Below, one piece after another: positions 14,725-27,070 of a stretch of 64,000 nt of DNA; position 1 is the stretch's first letter, and each line of letters starts with the position of its first letter. The DNA is taken from contig JASCQW010000027.1 in assembly GCA_030264375.1 (NCBI GenBank), forward strand, positions 62,292,814-62,356,813, read 5' to 3'. Below the pieces are notes generated by a model. That model saw only the letters and a list, made by a program, of their open reading frames with translations, had not been told where the DNA came from and made no database searches. The DNA is from Carcharhinus longimanus. Taxonomy: Eukaryota. The position numbers were made by a program, and so were the translations under genes.

Positions 14725-14998
14725 TCCCTACAGTGCAGGAGGCCAATAAGCCTGCACTGACAATAGCCCCAAATATGGACCCTGCTAGTCCCCCTGATAT
14801 TAAGAGGCAATTTAGCATGTCCAATCAACCTAACCTGCACATCGTTGAACTGTGGGAGGAAATCAGAGCAACTGGAGGAAACCCACACAGACACAGGAAG
14901 AATGTGCAACCTGCACACAGTCACTCAAGACTGGAATTGAACCCAACTGACTCTGGCACTGAGACACAGCAGTGCTAGCCACTGGGCCATCATGCCAC
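14725..14998 (-). mobile_element. HE1-like V-SINE
   Basis: Reverse-complement copy with an internal deletion. Confidence 0.88.
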
Positions 14999-16714
14999 AC
15001 TATGTAGAAGGGATTTTGTAAAATAGTCCAGCACATGTAAGATTTCTTCAGAAAATCTGCATATCCCCTTCCCTTCAAGCCCTTATTTCAAAGTTCAATG
15101 TTCTTTTTTTTCCCCAAGTTTGCTAAATATACTTACTGTGTCACTGAAATAATGCCCAAAAAGACACCTAACTGAATAACAGTAAATGGCATTGCTTTTC
15201 TGATCATATTCTATTATCAACATTCAATCTTATGACATTAAGTCTAAAACATGAAACTTATGGTCATCATTTTATTACCTTGCGTTCACAACCTGAGAAT
15301 GAAAGATACATTTTACAAAGTTGCAATCTTGTGGTGGAGCTTCATGCACAGGGGGCATGGGCCAGGAATTTAGACATACCTAGCAGTCTCTTAAAAGATT
15401 TTCCAGCAACAATGAATAATTTGCACTGCCTTTCATGCTCAAATTTCCTGTATGTGTTCTTATTGCAAAATGTTATGTACTAGAGTACAGAGTTGTAAAA
15501 TGTTCCCTTTTATTGCCAATGTAAGCTTTGATTAGCAACTGATACTTTGGAGAACCAACAGTAATTTTACAAACTTGGTTAAGGCTGACACATCAAGCTT
15601 TTTTCAGGTTTGCAGTGACATAAAAACTATAGAGCAGCTACTAAAGTCTGGACGATGAATTTAAGAATTATACAGCAAAGGAGGCCATTTAGTCAATTGT
15701 GCCACTGNNNNNNNNNNTTTCCAATTAATACCAATTCCCTGCTCTTTCCCACAGGCCTGGAAAGTGTTTGCTTTTCACATAAATATCCAATTTCCATTCT
15801 GAAGTTCTTATTGCATTTTTTTGCCATAATTCTTTCAGACAGTGCATTCCAGAACAGAACTAGTTACTGTGTAAAAACACAAGTTTGGGAATCAGGTGCA
15901 GAGCAACAACCTCTCTCTTGATTGGCTCACCCGAGGGGAAAAAGCCAATTGCTAAAAGCATTAGCCTTCAAAGAGCATTCCCTTGGCTTCAAGCTGTTAT
16001 TTAGACTGTTGATGTTAATACAATGCTTATTGCAGTTGACACAAGATGTGTTTTTAATGTTCTTTCCTGGAGTTTATAATAGAAAGCTTTGATCATATCT
16101 TATGGTTTCCCACTGAGCATAGAAACAATATTAAATGAATCACTATTTTGATGATAGTAATAAACAAGATGTACAGGGTTCATATCATAAATTGGTCAAA
16201 GATACTTCAATATTTAGAAGCAAGGGTGGTTACTTTGGACAGTGTTGTAGTGGCGGGGGAGGGAAACATGAGCAAAGACTATTGCTTACTCTTTTAAATT
16301 AATTAAAAATTGAGAGAACTGGCAGCGCTAAACATAAATGGCTTTGATTTATATTAGAGATCTAAATAACACACTCTAGAAATTAGATTTTAAGGCTAAT
16401 AAATTTATTCTGGGCAGAATAGGATTGGTTTAATTAATGGTCACACATTCAATTAAAATCATTAGCCTTGAAACAGCTTTTGTAAAATCACAGAATTGTA
16501 ACACAGGACAACAACATTGATCGCATTACAACTGATTTCTTCAATTGACAATTTAACCTAATTCCCACATTTTATTTAAAACGTAGACTTAGATGCAACA
16601 TTATCAGTTCCCTGTTGTTGCAGTATAAAACTAGAAGCAAAAAAAGGTGAGGGTTTCCACACCAGCAGAAACTGACCATTGTGCAATTTAATGGCAATTT
16701 TCCTTTACTCTTTC

Positions 16715-16912
16715 ATGGGATGTGGTGTCACTGGGTCAGCATTTGTTGCCCATCCCTATTTGCCCTTTAACTGAGGCCATTCTATAGTGCATTTAAGAGT
16801 TGATTGCATGGCTGAGAATCTCAAGTCACATGTAGACCAGACCATGTAAAGGTGGCAGATTTCTTTCTCTAAAGGACATTAGTGAACCAGATGGGTCTTT
16901 ACAGCAATCAAC
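16715..16912 (-). mobile_element. MetaSINE-like SINE, 5'-truncated
   Basis: Minus strand acccatctggttcactaatgtcctttagagaaagaaatctgcc...ggtctggtctacatgtgact; tail shared with the adjacent LINE. Confidence 0.65.
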
Positions 16913-17079
16913 ATATTTCACTTTGGAAAGAGAGACATGCAACATCTGCCAAAGCACCACAGACAGCAAATACAACAGCTCTATTTAAAAAATGTACAAT
17001 GCTTGATTAATATTGAATGTTTCCTTGGACTCCCCATCCCTAATTAGTGTACAGTTTACCTTTAAAAATATATATTTAC

Positions 17080-18100
17080 AGGATGTGGACATCACTGGCT
17101 AGGCTCCTTCATTTATTGCCCCATTCCCTGGCTGCCCTTGAGAAAGTGTTGGTGAACTGCCTTAAATCATTGCAGTCCCTGAGGTGTTGGTATACTAACA
17201 GTGCAGCTTGGGAGGAATTCCTGGATTTTGACTGAGTGACAGTGAAGGAATGGTGACACATTTCCAATTCAGGATGGTGAGTGACTTGGAGTTGAACCGC
17301 CAGGTGGTGGTGGTGTTCTCGGGTATCTGTTACCCTCATTCTTCTAAGATGATAGTGCCCCATGAGTTTGGAAGGTGCTGCCTAAGGCGCTTTGGTGAGT
17401 TCCTGTAGTGCATCTTGTAGATGGTACACACTGTTCCATTGTTTATTGGTAGCGGACGGAGCAAATGTTAATGGAAGGGATAGTAATCAAGCAGGCTGCT
17501 TTATCCTGGATAATTTCTGCCTTCGAGTGTTTTTGGAGTTATACTCATCCAGACAAGTGGAGAGTATTCCTTCACACTCCTGCTTTATAGATGGTGGACA
17601 GGCTTTGGGAGTTTGAGTTATTCAGCATAGGATTCCTAGTTTTTGACCAGTGCTTGTAGCCATTGCACTTATAGTTTTAGTCCACTTCAGTTTGTGGTCA
17701 ATGTTAATTCCCCAGATGATTGTTAGTGGGGAATTCAATGATGGTAATGCCATTGAGTGATGGTTACATCATCTGTTGTTGGAGATAGACAGAGCCTGGC
17801 ATGTGTGTGGTGTGAATCTTACTTTGCCACTTATCAGCCCAAGCCTGGATATTGTCCAGGTCTTGCTGCACTTGGACATGACACTTTTCAGATACTAAAG
17901 CATCTATGTTGTTGATGACTTTTGGTTGAACATTGTGAACATTTCAGCCTTATCTGAAACTGATGTGCTGGACTCTTCCATCATTGATAGGGCTAGTTGT
18001 GTAGCATCCTCTCCCAGCAAATTGGTGAATTGTTCAATTGTCGAATTGTTCAATTGTCCACCACCATTCACAACTGGATGTGGTAGGACTGCCAAGCTTA
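17080..18100 (-). mobile_element. Degenerate CR1/L2-group LINE 3' fragment
   Basis: Same family as 47690-49335 and 55575-56335 (YKAQVRSVMEY-type frame; tail caccaccttctcaagggcaattagggatgggcaataaatg). Confidence 0.75.
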
Positions 18101-18124
18101 GATTTTTAAAAATTGTTTCTTTCA

Positions 18125-18450
18125 TAGGATGTGAGCATCATTTTCTTGCACCAGCACTTATTGCCAATCCCTAATTGCCCTTGAGGGTGCATTTGAGTCA
18201 GCCACATTGCTGAGTATCTGGAGTCACAAGTAGGCCAGACTAGGTAAGGGTGACAGATTTCTTTCCATAAAGACATTAGTGAACCAGATGGGTTTTTATG
18301 ACAATTGACAATGGTTTAATGGTCATCACTAGACTTCAATTCCAGACTTTCTTTATTCAATTCAAATTTCACCATTTACTGGCATGGGATACAAACCTGT
18401 GTTCAGTGGAATAATAGACAACTGATAATAACACTATATCACGCCTCCCC
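18125..18450 (-). mobile_element. Full-length MetaSINE-like tRNA-derived SINE
   Basis: Head ggggaggcgtgatatagtgttattatc, central aaaacccatctggttcactaatgtcttt..ggaaagaaatctg, tail aagggcaattagggattggcaataag. Confidence 0.7.
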
Positions 18451-18844
18451 TCTGATCTGGTGGTCGACACTTCAAGAATGAAGGCATGGCAGAGGATCTT
18501 TATTTACTGAACTTGCCATGGTGCAACCAACCTTTTCCACTGGCCTGACACTCTCACATGCACTGTTCCCAATCACTTAGTCTTTGGCAAACAGTTATTG
18601 AATCACAGAATGATTACTGTACATGTGGCAGCTATTCAGATCATCATGTCCATGTAAGAGCAAATCAGCTTATACCTATCCCCAACACTTACCCAGTAGC
18701 CTTGCAATTTCTTTTGTCCAATCCTTTTTTGAAAATCCCAATTGTCACAGTCCACACCATATTCTCAGGTACAGCATACCAGATCCAAATCGCCCAAAGT
18801 AAAAATGTTTTCCCCCATGCCAATCTTTAAATTGGTATTTTTTT

Positions 18845-19030
18845 GACCCTGTGGGAACATTTTCACTGTCTATGTAGAGTTTGCACATTCTCCCTGTGTC
18901 TGCATGGATTTCATCCCACAGTCCAAAGACATGCAGGTTAGGTTGATTGACCTTGGTGTCAGGGGGATTGTAGTCGGTGCAGGCTCGATGAGTCGAATGG
19001 TCTCCTTCTGCACTGTAGGGATTCTATGTT
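18845..19030 (+). mobile_element. HE1-like V-SINE, deleted copy within CR1 remnants (about 18600-19360)
   Basis: gagtttgcacattctccctgtgtctgc...gcactgtagggattctatg. Confidence 0.75.
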
Positions 19031-20669
19031 CTATCTGTTCTGTCCAAACCTGTCATAATTTGAACATTTCTATCAAAATTTCCCTCAACCTTTTTTTAAA
19101 AGGAGAACAACCCCAGCTTGTCCAATTTATCTATGTAATTGAAGATCCCTCATCCCCAACGTTCTGGTAAATCTTTTCAGCACCCTCTCCAAAGCGTTGT
19201 TAGGTGGCCAGAATTGAACACAGTATTTCAGGTGAGATCAAACAAGAGTTTCTTAAATATTCATTATTTCCTTGCTGTAAGCCTATAAAGCCCAGGACCC
19301 CTTGTAACTACTTTCTAGACCTGACCTACCACCTTCAATGATTTGTACACATATACTCCATATGTTCATATTGCTACTTTAGAGTTTTTGATCCATCTGA
19401 TATTTGCTACACATGGTTGTTCAGGACATGAGAAATGACTTGAAGATATGCATTCCATGGGTCTGAACTTCCTGCCATTAAAACTTAATAGAAACTATAA
19501 ATTTATAAAATCAAAAAACAAAGTTGCTACTTAGCAATTAGCACCTTTCCTTGTGCTGATGACTTTTTTGTTTTAACCTCTCTCCTCTCACACTTTACTA
19601 TGCTGCTCCGCACACAAATGACTTTGGGTCCATGCTTATCTTCAGCCTCTCCAATAACCTGTAATATCACTGTGATTTTGTTTGTTCTTACAATGCTCTA
19701 TCTCTTGTTGATTGCCCACTTTTAGACCTGGTTGGTCCCATCCACCGTTTCTCTTAAGGATTGCTTTGTTCACTTTATGAATGGCAACTCTGACAGCTGT
19801 TTAAAAATTAGCCGATTTTTGACACTATATATTGTCCCGTTAGATCTTGTGCTATACACGTCAAAATATGCACTGGATCAATAAAAAATGGATTTCATCA
19901 GTCCCCTACCTGTGTGAATAGGTGTTTAGGAATGTTGAACTACAACAGAAAGTAGTAATTATCAAGGACCATGCTACCATTAAGTGCCACCAGATTCTGC
20001 TGAGAGGTCTCCAAGTTTTGGCAGCAAGGAGGGGGTGACGGGGAGAACGCTTCAATTTTAGGCATTAAGTTTTTAAAATAATTTTAAAAAATTATTTAAT
20101 GAGATGTGAGCTGCAAGGGTAACACTTGCTCATCCCGAATTACCCTTGAGTATGGTGGTGAGCTGCCTTCTTCAATATCTATACAGGTGCACCCAGAGTA
20201 GCTGATGCCAGTCCTTTGACCCAACAATCAAGGCTATATAGTTCCAAATTAGGTGACTGGGAGGGAACCTGCAGGCAGTGGTCTTTGCAAAACCAGCAAT
20301 TTTGATTGAGCTACCTGTTCTGCATATTTTCTAATTCTACAGACTTCTGCATAATAAGCCTGGTAGTTACCAGAAAAAAAACGAGTCTGCATTTTCCCAC
20401 AGGTTGTATACTGTTCCGTACTGATAAAGCTTTGAGGACCTTAGTATGAAAACATTTAAACAAAGCAAAGGTTACAAAGTTGGGAAAGCTGCAGTTTTGT
20501 AAAAGGCGTTTCCGTTGTAGTGATGAACTTATTAGAATTCAGCAGTTCTGATGCTTTTATGTACTTCTCAGCAGTCAATGTCCTATAGCAAGATGTGCAG
20601 GATAGAGAAAGCTACAATAGGAAGGCTGGGAACATGAAGGTAACTAAAAATGTTCATAAACATTTCTCA

Positions 20670-21860
20670 ACACCTCAGATCACATGAAGCCTTTATTCAA
20701 TCACTTGTTCTGCCATACCCAAAGTCATTTTGATTTTTTTAAAACAACATTTAAATGGCACAGAAAATACATCACAAGTAACTAATTTATTACACCATTC
20801 ATCGTAAACAAAGATTGTTCTTCCATCTATTGCCCTGCTGCATTACCTTTAGACAAACTCAGTACACATTTTTACTTTAAAACTCTCGTACTAAGTTATC
20901 TCTAATACTGCTTCAGTTATCAGCAGTAAAGAACCATCACTATAGTCATTTAAACTAGGTACAGTTGACAAGTCACACTTAGCTTTATTTAAACTAGTTT
21001 ACTAACATTTGTGGAATAAAACTTTAGAATGTCCCATCTATTCAGGACAAAGGAAAAAAAAACTTGCATTTGGTCCCAATTTATATACTTCCCAAATATA
21101 TCAATGTTCGATTATTGAATGGGTGTAATTAACTAATTTACATACTGTAAACATTACTAAGCTGTAATTAAAAAAGTCAGTGACCTACACTGACCACTAA
21201 GTACAAAAGTAAAGCACTTAAAAAACATTTGAACTTAAAGCTCTGGCAAAAATAGCTATTCTGCAAAAAAAGAATGATTGTTCAGCTGTCAACAGAATTA
21301 CAAGCAAACAATAAATACAATGTGCTTTCATCATATAGACATATTTACACTCATCTTTGGCTTATAATAAAAGTTGCACTACAAATTATTTGTTGTGATC
21401 CAGCAGGTTACACATTAAACTTTAATAAGCCAGTCCAAATATTAGCACATTTACTGTGGCAGCATGCAAAAGCTATTTTACACTGCTGCACATTTCCATT
21501 TCCCAATAAGCTTGATTCAAAATAAGGTGTAGCATCACTGTGTACAAATCTGTGCATGCAGACCAATGGGTTGGTTGTATTTTTTAAAAATCCCAAACTT
21601 TTTTTTGACTAACACTGACATGTTTTTAACCTCTCATTGAGCAATGATATCCGTACCCAGATCACATTATTATGACGGCACTGAGCGCTCTCTGGTTAAT
21701 CATTTGGATATGTACATAAACTTTGTTTTATAACAGAGGCGGAATACTTAAGATAGTTAAAACCAAATCCCTCCTTTAAATGCATATCCTTCATGCACAG
21801 GCTTAGTGATAATTTTCTTTCAAAAATTAGCACAACTTTTCCAAAAAGTACATGTCGTCA
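20670..21860 (-). other. PTPRK: Probable PTPRK 3' UTR
   Basis: Repeat-free AT-rich stretch after the stop; minus-strand AATAAA at 20984-20989, 20786-20791 and 20692-20697; true end not determinable. Confidence 0.6.
20692..20697 (-). terminator. Candidate polyadenylation signal AATAAA
   Basis: Followed about 17-40 nt downstream on the minus strand by GU/U-rich sequence (ggtgttgagaaatgttt); one of three candidates. Confidence 0.4.
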
Positions 21861-21914
21861 CTATGAAGATTCAAGATATTCCAAAGCAACATCATAACAG
21901 AATCGATATTGTTC
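21861..21914 (-). CDS. PTPRK: PTPRK last coding exon: EQYRFCYDVALEYLESS*
   Basis: cttccctccag|GAA CAA TAT CGA TTC TGT TAT GAT GTT GCT TTG GAA TAT CTT GAA TCT TCA TAG; the C-terminus matches PTPRK as I recall it. Confidence 0.95.
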   Translation of the reverse strand, partial: EQYRFCYDVALEYLESS

Positions 21915-22146
21915 CTGGAGGGAAGAAACAGGGAAACAATTCAGTTTGCTAACATAAACATAATTTAAACAACAGCTGTATTTTCCACTAATTTTGTTCA
22001 TTAAATAGCCTAATCAGAAAGATCATTGGTATCTTTTTGCTAGCAGCTCAATAATTTTCAACCAGGGCAGAGCTGCATGACTGTCATACAATATAAGAAG
22101 TAAATGTGTTAACAATCACTCAAGTTTAAAAATCACATACTGCTAT

Positions 22147-22415
22147 GGGGCATCATGATGGCTGCCTCACAGCGCAAGAGACCCAGGTTTGATTCCTAAC
22201 TTGGGTCATTGTCTATGTGGAGTTTGCAAGTTCTCCTGCATCTGCATAGATTTCCTCCCACAGTCCATGTGGGATTGGCCATGGCTGTTAGTGACAGGGG
22301 ACTAGCTAGGATAAATGCATGGAGTTATGGGCTTAGGGCCTGGATGGGACTGTGGTTGGTGCAGACTCGCTGGATTGAATGGCTTCCTTCTGCACTGTAG
22401 GATTCTAGGATTCTT
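22147..22415 (+). mobile_element. HE1-like V-SINE in the last PTPRK intron
   Basis: V-domain and tail ccttctgcactgtaggattcta. Confidence 0.82.
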
Positions 22416-23879
22416 TGGAAAAAAAATGGTCTTCTTATAAAAGTCTTCACAGATAAGCACCAAGGCCATTAGTCTGAAAAATACATTACATTAGACATCT
22501 GGCACTGGAAAAAGGAAGTGATGTACACAGGCACAAGCTGGGACAATTACTTGTAACAATGACAAATTAAGTTAATAAATGATTAAGTCTTCATGCTGAT
22601 TGGATATTATAATTAAGCAAGCGTAAGGTGATTTGGTTTCATTATCTGAATGATGTAATGTTATTCTGATTGGATAAAGATAACTCCTATACTGAGAGTG
22701 GTATAGGCTAATTACTTGTAATCAAATATGAAACTATAATTGTTTGTGCATTTCTGGATTCTGCACTTTGGCTAGTTACAGACTGTGACCCATGACTTTC
22801 CAGGGTCAGAGCTATATAGCTTGATTAAAACAGCTGTTCAAGAAAACGCCATGATGTGGGTCTGGTTACTTGAAGGGTAAAGTTGTGATCAACTAAAAGG
22901 CTGATATCAAAGCCTGCAACAAATGCAGACAGCATCAGATTTAGTTTTGTTTCTGATAGCTATACAGTGACATTTTAAATTAATCTGTTCAAACATTTCT
23001 TAATACAATTCCAGCAAGACTATAAATATGTCCTTTTAGGAAACTGACAGAAAAAACCCTGCAAATGTATTAAAAATTCACTAAACGTAATCACTGAGGA
23101 AATCATGTTGATTAAAGTATTCTAATTCATTTTTAATCAGACTGTGTGCAAACAATATGTTTTGGTACTGAAATGTTAATGCATTGCATAATCATGCAAT
23201 AATCTTTAATTATTGATTTTGCCATTGCAAAGCTATTTCAAGGTGCCCATTTTCTTGGACTGTGGTATTATTTTAGTCATATTTATCCCTTCTCCTCCCA
23301 AAGAACAAAAATCACAGCTTTGCCAGGTCACTGCAATAATGCAACCAGATTAAACTTCAATATTCAGTCCCCTGACTCAGTTAGTAAACTGACTTTTGGA
23401 AGCAGTTTAGGACCAATCAGGGACCAGATTTTACTTAGATTCTTTCTCCAGGTTGGGCAGCAAGGTGGTAGGTGACAGAAAAATTGATAAGATTTCATTT
23501 CAGAATAACAAAATAAAGAAATAAGGTAAAGTTAAAGCAGTTTATGTTCCTGATGGAGTGAATAGCAAAGGTGGGAGAAAAAGGCAAGGGAGAGGGCAGA
23601 TAAAACTGGAATTATAAATTTAGTTTTGAGTCCTTTTCACAAACCAACATTAGTGTTATGGTAACAAGATTTTTGTTATCTCCAAGTAAATCTGTGTAAT
23701 ACTAGGGGACTTAAGTCTCAACATATACCATTATAACTATATTGAAATGCATTCTTTTTTCTAATCTTTTAATGTATATTGATGCACAATAAATAGCAGG
23801 AGTTGCTTGTAATTTCTGAAAGTGAAAACAGAGGGATGCAATTTGGCCTGACATTCCTTATGCTGCTTTTTATAAGAGC

Positions 23880-24815
23880 AACTCAGTTAGTCCAGTATGT
23901 ATTTTCTTCAGACAATTGTCTAATTCCCTTTTGAAAGTCAAGACTGAATGTGCCAACATCACCATGCTTGCGGGCAGTATGTTCTAGATTCTAAGCACTC
24001 ACTGCATGAAAAGATTTTTCTCATGTTGTTTCCATTCTTTTGCTACTCACCTTAAACCAGTACTTTCTGGTTCTCAACCTTGCTAACAATGGGAACAGGT
24101 TCTTCCCATCTAATCTGCCCAGTCCCCTCATGATTTTGAGCACTTTTATCAAATCTATGCTCAACCTTTTCAGCTCTGAGTAGAACAATTCCAACGTTGC
24201 TAATCTATCAAAGTAACTGAAGTCTGTCATCCTTAATCATTTTCACAAGTCGTTTCCGTACTCTCTCTGAAACCTCACATTTTTTCGAAAGTGTGATGTC
24301 CGGAATTGGGTAATATTTCAAGTTCTGGCTAAACCCATAAAGACTCACCATAACTTCTTCCCTGCTTTTGTGCTCTATGCCTCTATTTCAAAAGGTCAGG
24401 ATCCCCTGTGCCTTATTGACCACTTTCTCACCTGCCCCCCCACACCTTCAATGATTTGTGTGCATCTTTTAGAATATCATCTTTCCTCATTCTTCCTACC
24501 AAATGTATCATTAAACAATGCAGGGAAATGTGAAATCTGTCACATATCCACTCATATCAACCTTTCTCAAGCACCTCTAAGTCCATCACTATCTTCTCTC
24601 AACTCGCAGTACTTCCAAGTTTGTCATTTGCCTGTTTTGAAATTGTTCCCCACACACCCAAGTATTTTAGATCAAGAAAACCAGTGATATTAATTCCAAC
24701 TCTTGGGGAACCCTGGTAAATACCTGGCTCCAGACTGAGAAACAATCACTGACCAGCATACTGTTTCCTGTCACTTAACCAATTTTGTATCCATACTACC
24801 GCTGTCCTTTTTATT
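23880..24815 (-). mobile_element. Old CR1/HER1 LINE fragment
   Basis: LELFYSELKRLSIDLIKVLKIMRGLGRLDGKNLFPL...RTRKYWFKV, the CR1 ORF2 C-terminus. Confidence 0.8.
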
Positions 24816-25788
24816 GCAGAATTATATTTTTGTTCTTGTATTATTAGAGAAAACAATCAATTGAGTGTTTCCTGTTCAAAAATTGACAAATATCTGCTCC
24901 AATAATTCTTCAACTTAGACTGAATATCAGGTCACAGACAAAGCACAACTGTAATTTAGATCATATATTTTAAATAAATGAACAAATGAGTTTAATTTCT
25001 CGGAGCAGTGTTATACACTGGTTTAAACCAGTATCAAGTAACATTCAACCCCTCATATCTATCAGCAGACGAACATTAGTCAAATTCGAATAAGTTGAAA
25101 ATGAGCTTTATCATGTAGCAACGTGTTTAGGCAATGCAAAACATTTCTGAAAAGGATGTGGTTGGGAAGAACCTCTAGGGCTAATTGAGCATGTTGGTGC
25201 TATCTGATTTTCTTCACATGCAGAACTCTAGCAGAAATACCACAGTGGTTTTAATCCCTTAGCAACTCGGCATGAGTTGTTCTCATTTTACAGAATTCAG
25301 TTGTGACGCTTGAGATAAAACCAACCCTACAACAGGTTTATGAAGTTAACAAAATGTGCTAGCTTTCAGTCCAGGACAAGTGTTACATGCACCCATAATA
25401 CAGCATTTTCACTCAACACAGTTCCAAAAGAAAAACTGCAATATACCTCCCATCAGTATTTTCAATAAGCATACAATGGTGAACATATTAACATTAATTT
25501 CTCTGCCTTTTTAAAACACCAATAAAGCAACCCATCTTCCACCTACCTTCAACTTTCATTTGCTATTGTATTCAAATTATAAACCACATATGAAATGCTG
25601 TGGTTCAATCCATTAAATACTGAGCATAGTTAGCAGCTGTACCACAAAATATCTACAAAATCATTCTACGCATATTTTTAACGAGGTTAAATTAGGGAAA
25701 CATGGAACCAAGGGCTCTGGACTGGATTTTAGCCAGGACCCAATTCCAAGATTTCTTTCCCCCATTCCTAATGCCTCCAATGTTCCCT

Positions 25789-25789
<1 letters not shown>

Positions 25790-25821
<32 letters not shown>
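25790..25821 (+). repeat. (GT)16 microsatellite
   Basis: Perfect dinucleotide run. Confidence 0.98.
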
Positions 25822-25822
<1 letters not shown>

Positions 25823-26821
25823 TCCATATCCTGCACTCATGACCTGGCCAACTTCATTTTGTGGCAAGCAACTCTTTCCCCCAGCTCTAAAACGTTTGTC
25901 AAGTCAGGCCACCTTCTCAAGGACTTGTGGTTCATGCCCCCCTTTTTGCACGAGGGAGTATTTTTTTTCACTCAAGGAGTCAATAAACAAAGTTTGAAAA
26001 GTGTTTCAAATAAAAAGCTAAGGTATGAAAAAAGAAACAGCTTGCTGGGTAAAAGTTAAAGCAATGAATAGATACTTCTTAAATATAGTAATTAATAAAG
26101 ATGATAGAGTGAGTGACATTCTAACCTTTCTCCTTGTCTCTGGGTGTTCACTCCCTTATCCTTTCCCATTGTGAGAGTGGGTTCACGAGAGTGTGGAGGT
26201 GTCGGAGGGTGAGGGTAAGGGCGAAGGAGAAGGAGAAGCTCAAGACTGGAAATGAGCCAAGCACACATTATGCTCATACCCTCCTTCTCTCATCCACACA
26301 CACTCTCTTGTATTCACTCTCCCACGAACATATATGCTCTCTATCTCTCTCTCACACACGCTCTCCTTCTCACATACCTGCACTCTTCAAGCTCCCTTAT
26401 GCAAATGCAATCTCTCTCCCTTGGGCATATACTCGCACTTGAAGGGCCTTGCCTTCCCTCTCTTTTCCCTATACCAGGAGGCAACCTCTTTTCCCCATCT
26501 CTTCACTTGAGTCAATCAGCAGCAAATGAAGTGAAACAACCTTTGATTGAAAGAGTATTTCCATGCAGATTCTTTCAGTTGCATGGTTTGAACACTGGCT
26601 CCACAGGGCAGATAGGGACAGATCATGGCCCATGGACCCTATGTTAGACAATCCTGCCTCAGAGGAGTCATCAACCATAGTCCGGATTTGGGAACCTTTT
26701 GAAACATAACTTCAAAAGGTCATACTTATGCCCTCCATGCCATATCACGTCCCCATCCACCCCAATTGTCCCTCATAGAAGTGCTCTGAGTTGGTATGGA
26801 GACTATGTCCATAGTCAGTAT

Positions 26822-27070
26822 GATGTGGAGATGCCGGCATTGGACTGGAGTAAACACAGTAAGAAGTCTCAAAACACCAGGTTAAAGTCCAACAGGTTTA
26901 TTTGATAGCACAAGCCAGTAGCTTTCGGAGCGCTGCCGCTTCATCTGGTGAGTGGGAGTCAAATGGGAGTCCAGCTCAGCTGATGAAGGGGCAGCGCTCC
27001 GAAAGCTAGTCGCTTGTGCTATCAAACAAACCTGTTGGACTTTAACCTGGTGTTTTGAGACTTCTTACTG
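26822..27070. mobile_element. Fold-back Penelope terminal-repeat element (~96 nt inverted arms) with hammerhead motifs
   Basis: Arm 26857-26952 is the reverse complement of 26975-27070 with few mismatches; CTGATGA(26980)...GAAA(27001) on the plus strand. Confidence 0.85.

Noticed and set aside
18027-18058. Perfect 16-bp tandem duplication gaattgttcaattgtc x2
   Set aside because: Ordinary slippage inside a decayed LINE; two units with no spacers, not an array.
1-20600. Exons of a downstream neighbour gene (THEMIS follows PTPRK in human)
   Set aside because: No ORF or splice-bounded segment resembling a known protein found by eye; a short or diverged exon could have been missed.
26822-27070. 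pre-miRNA or DNA-transposon MITE interpretation of the long hairpin
   Set aside because: The arms match the terminal repeat attached to a GIY-YIG remnant at 6598, and the left arm extends asymmetrically by about 35 nt.
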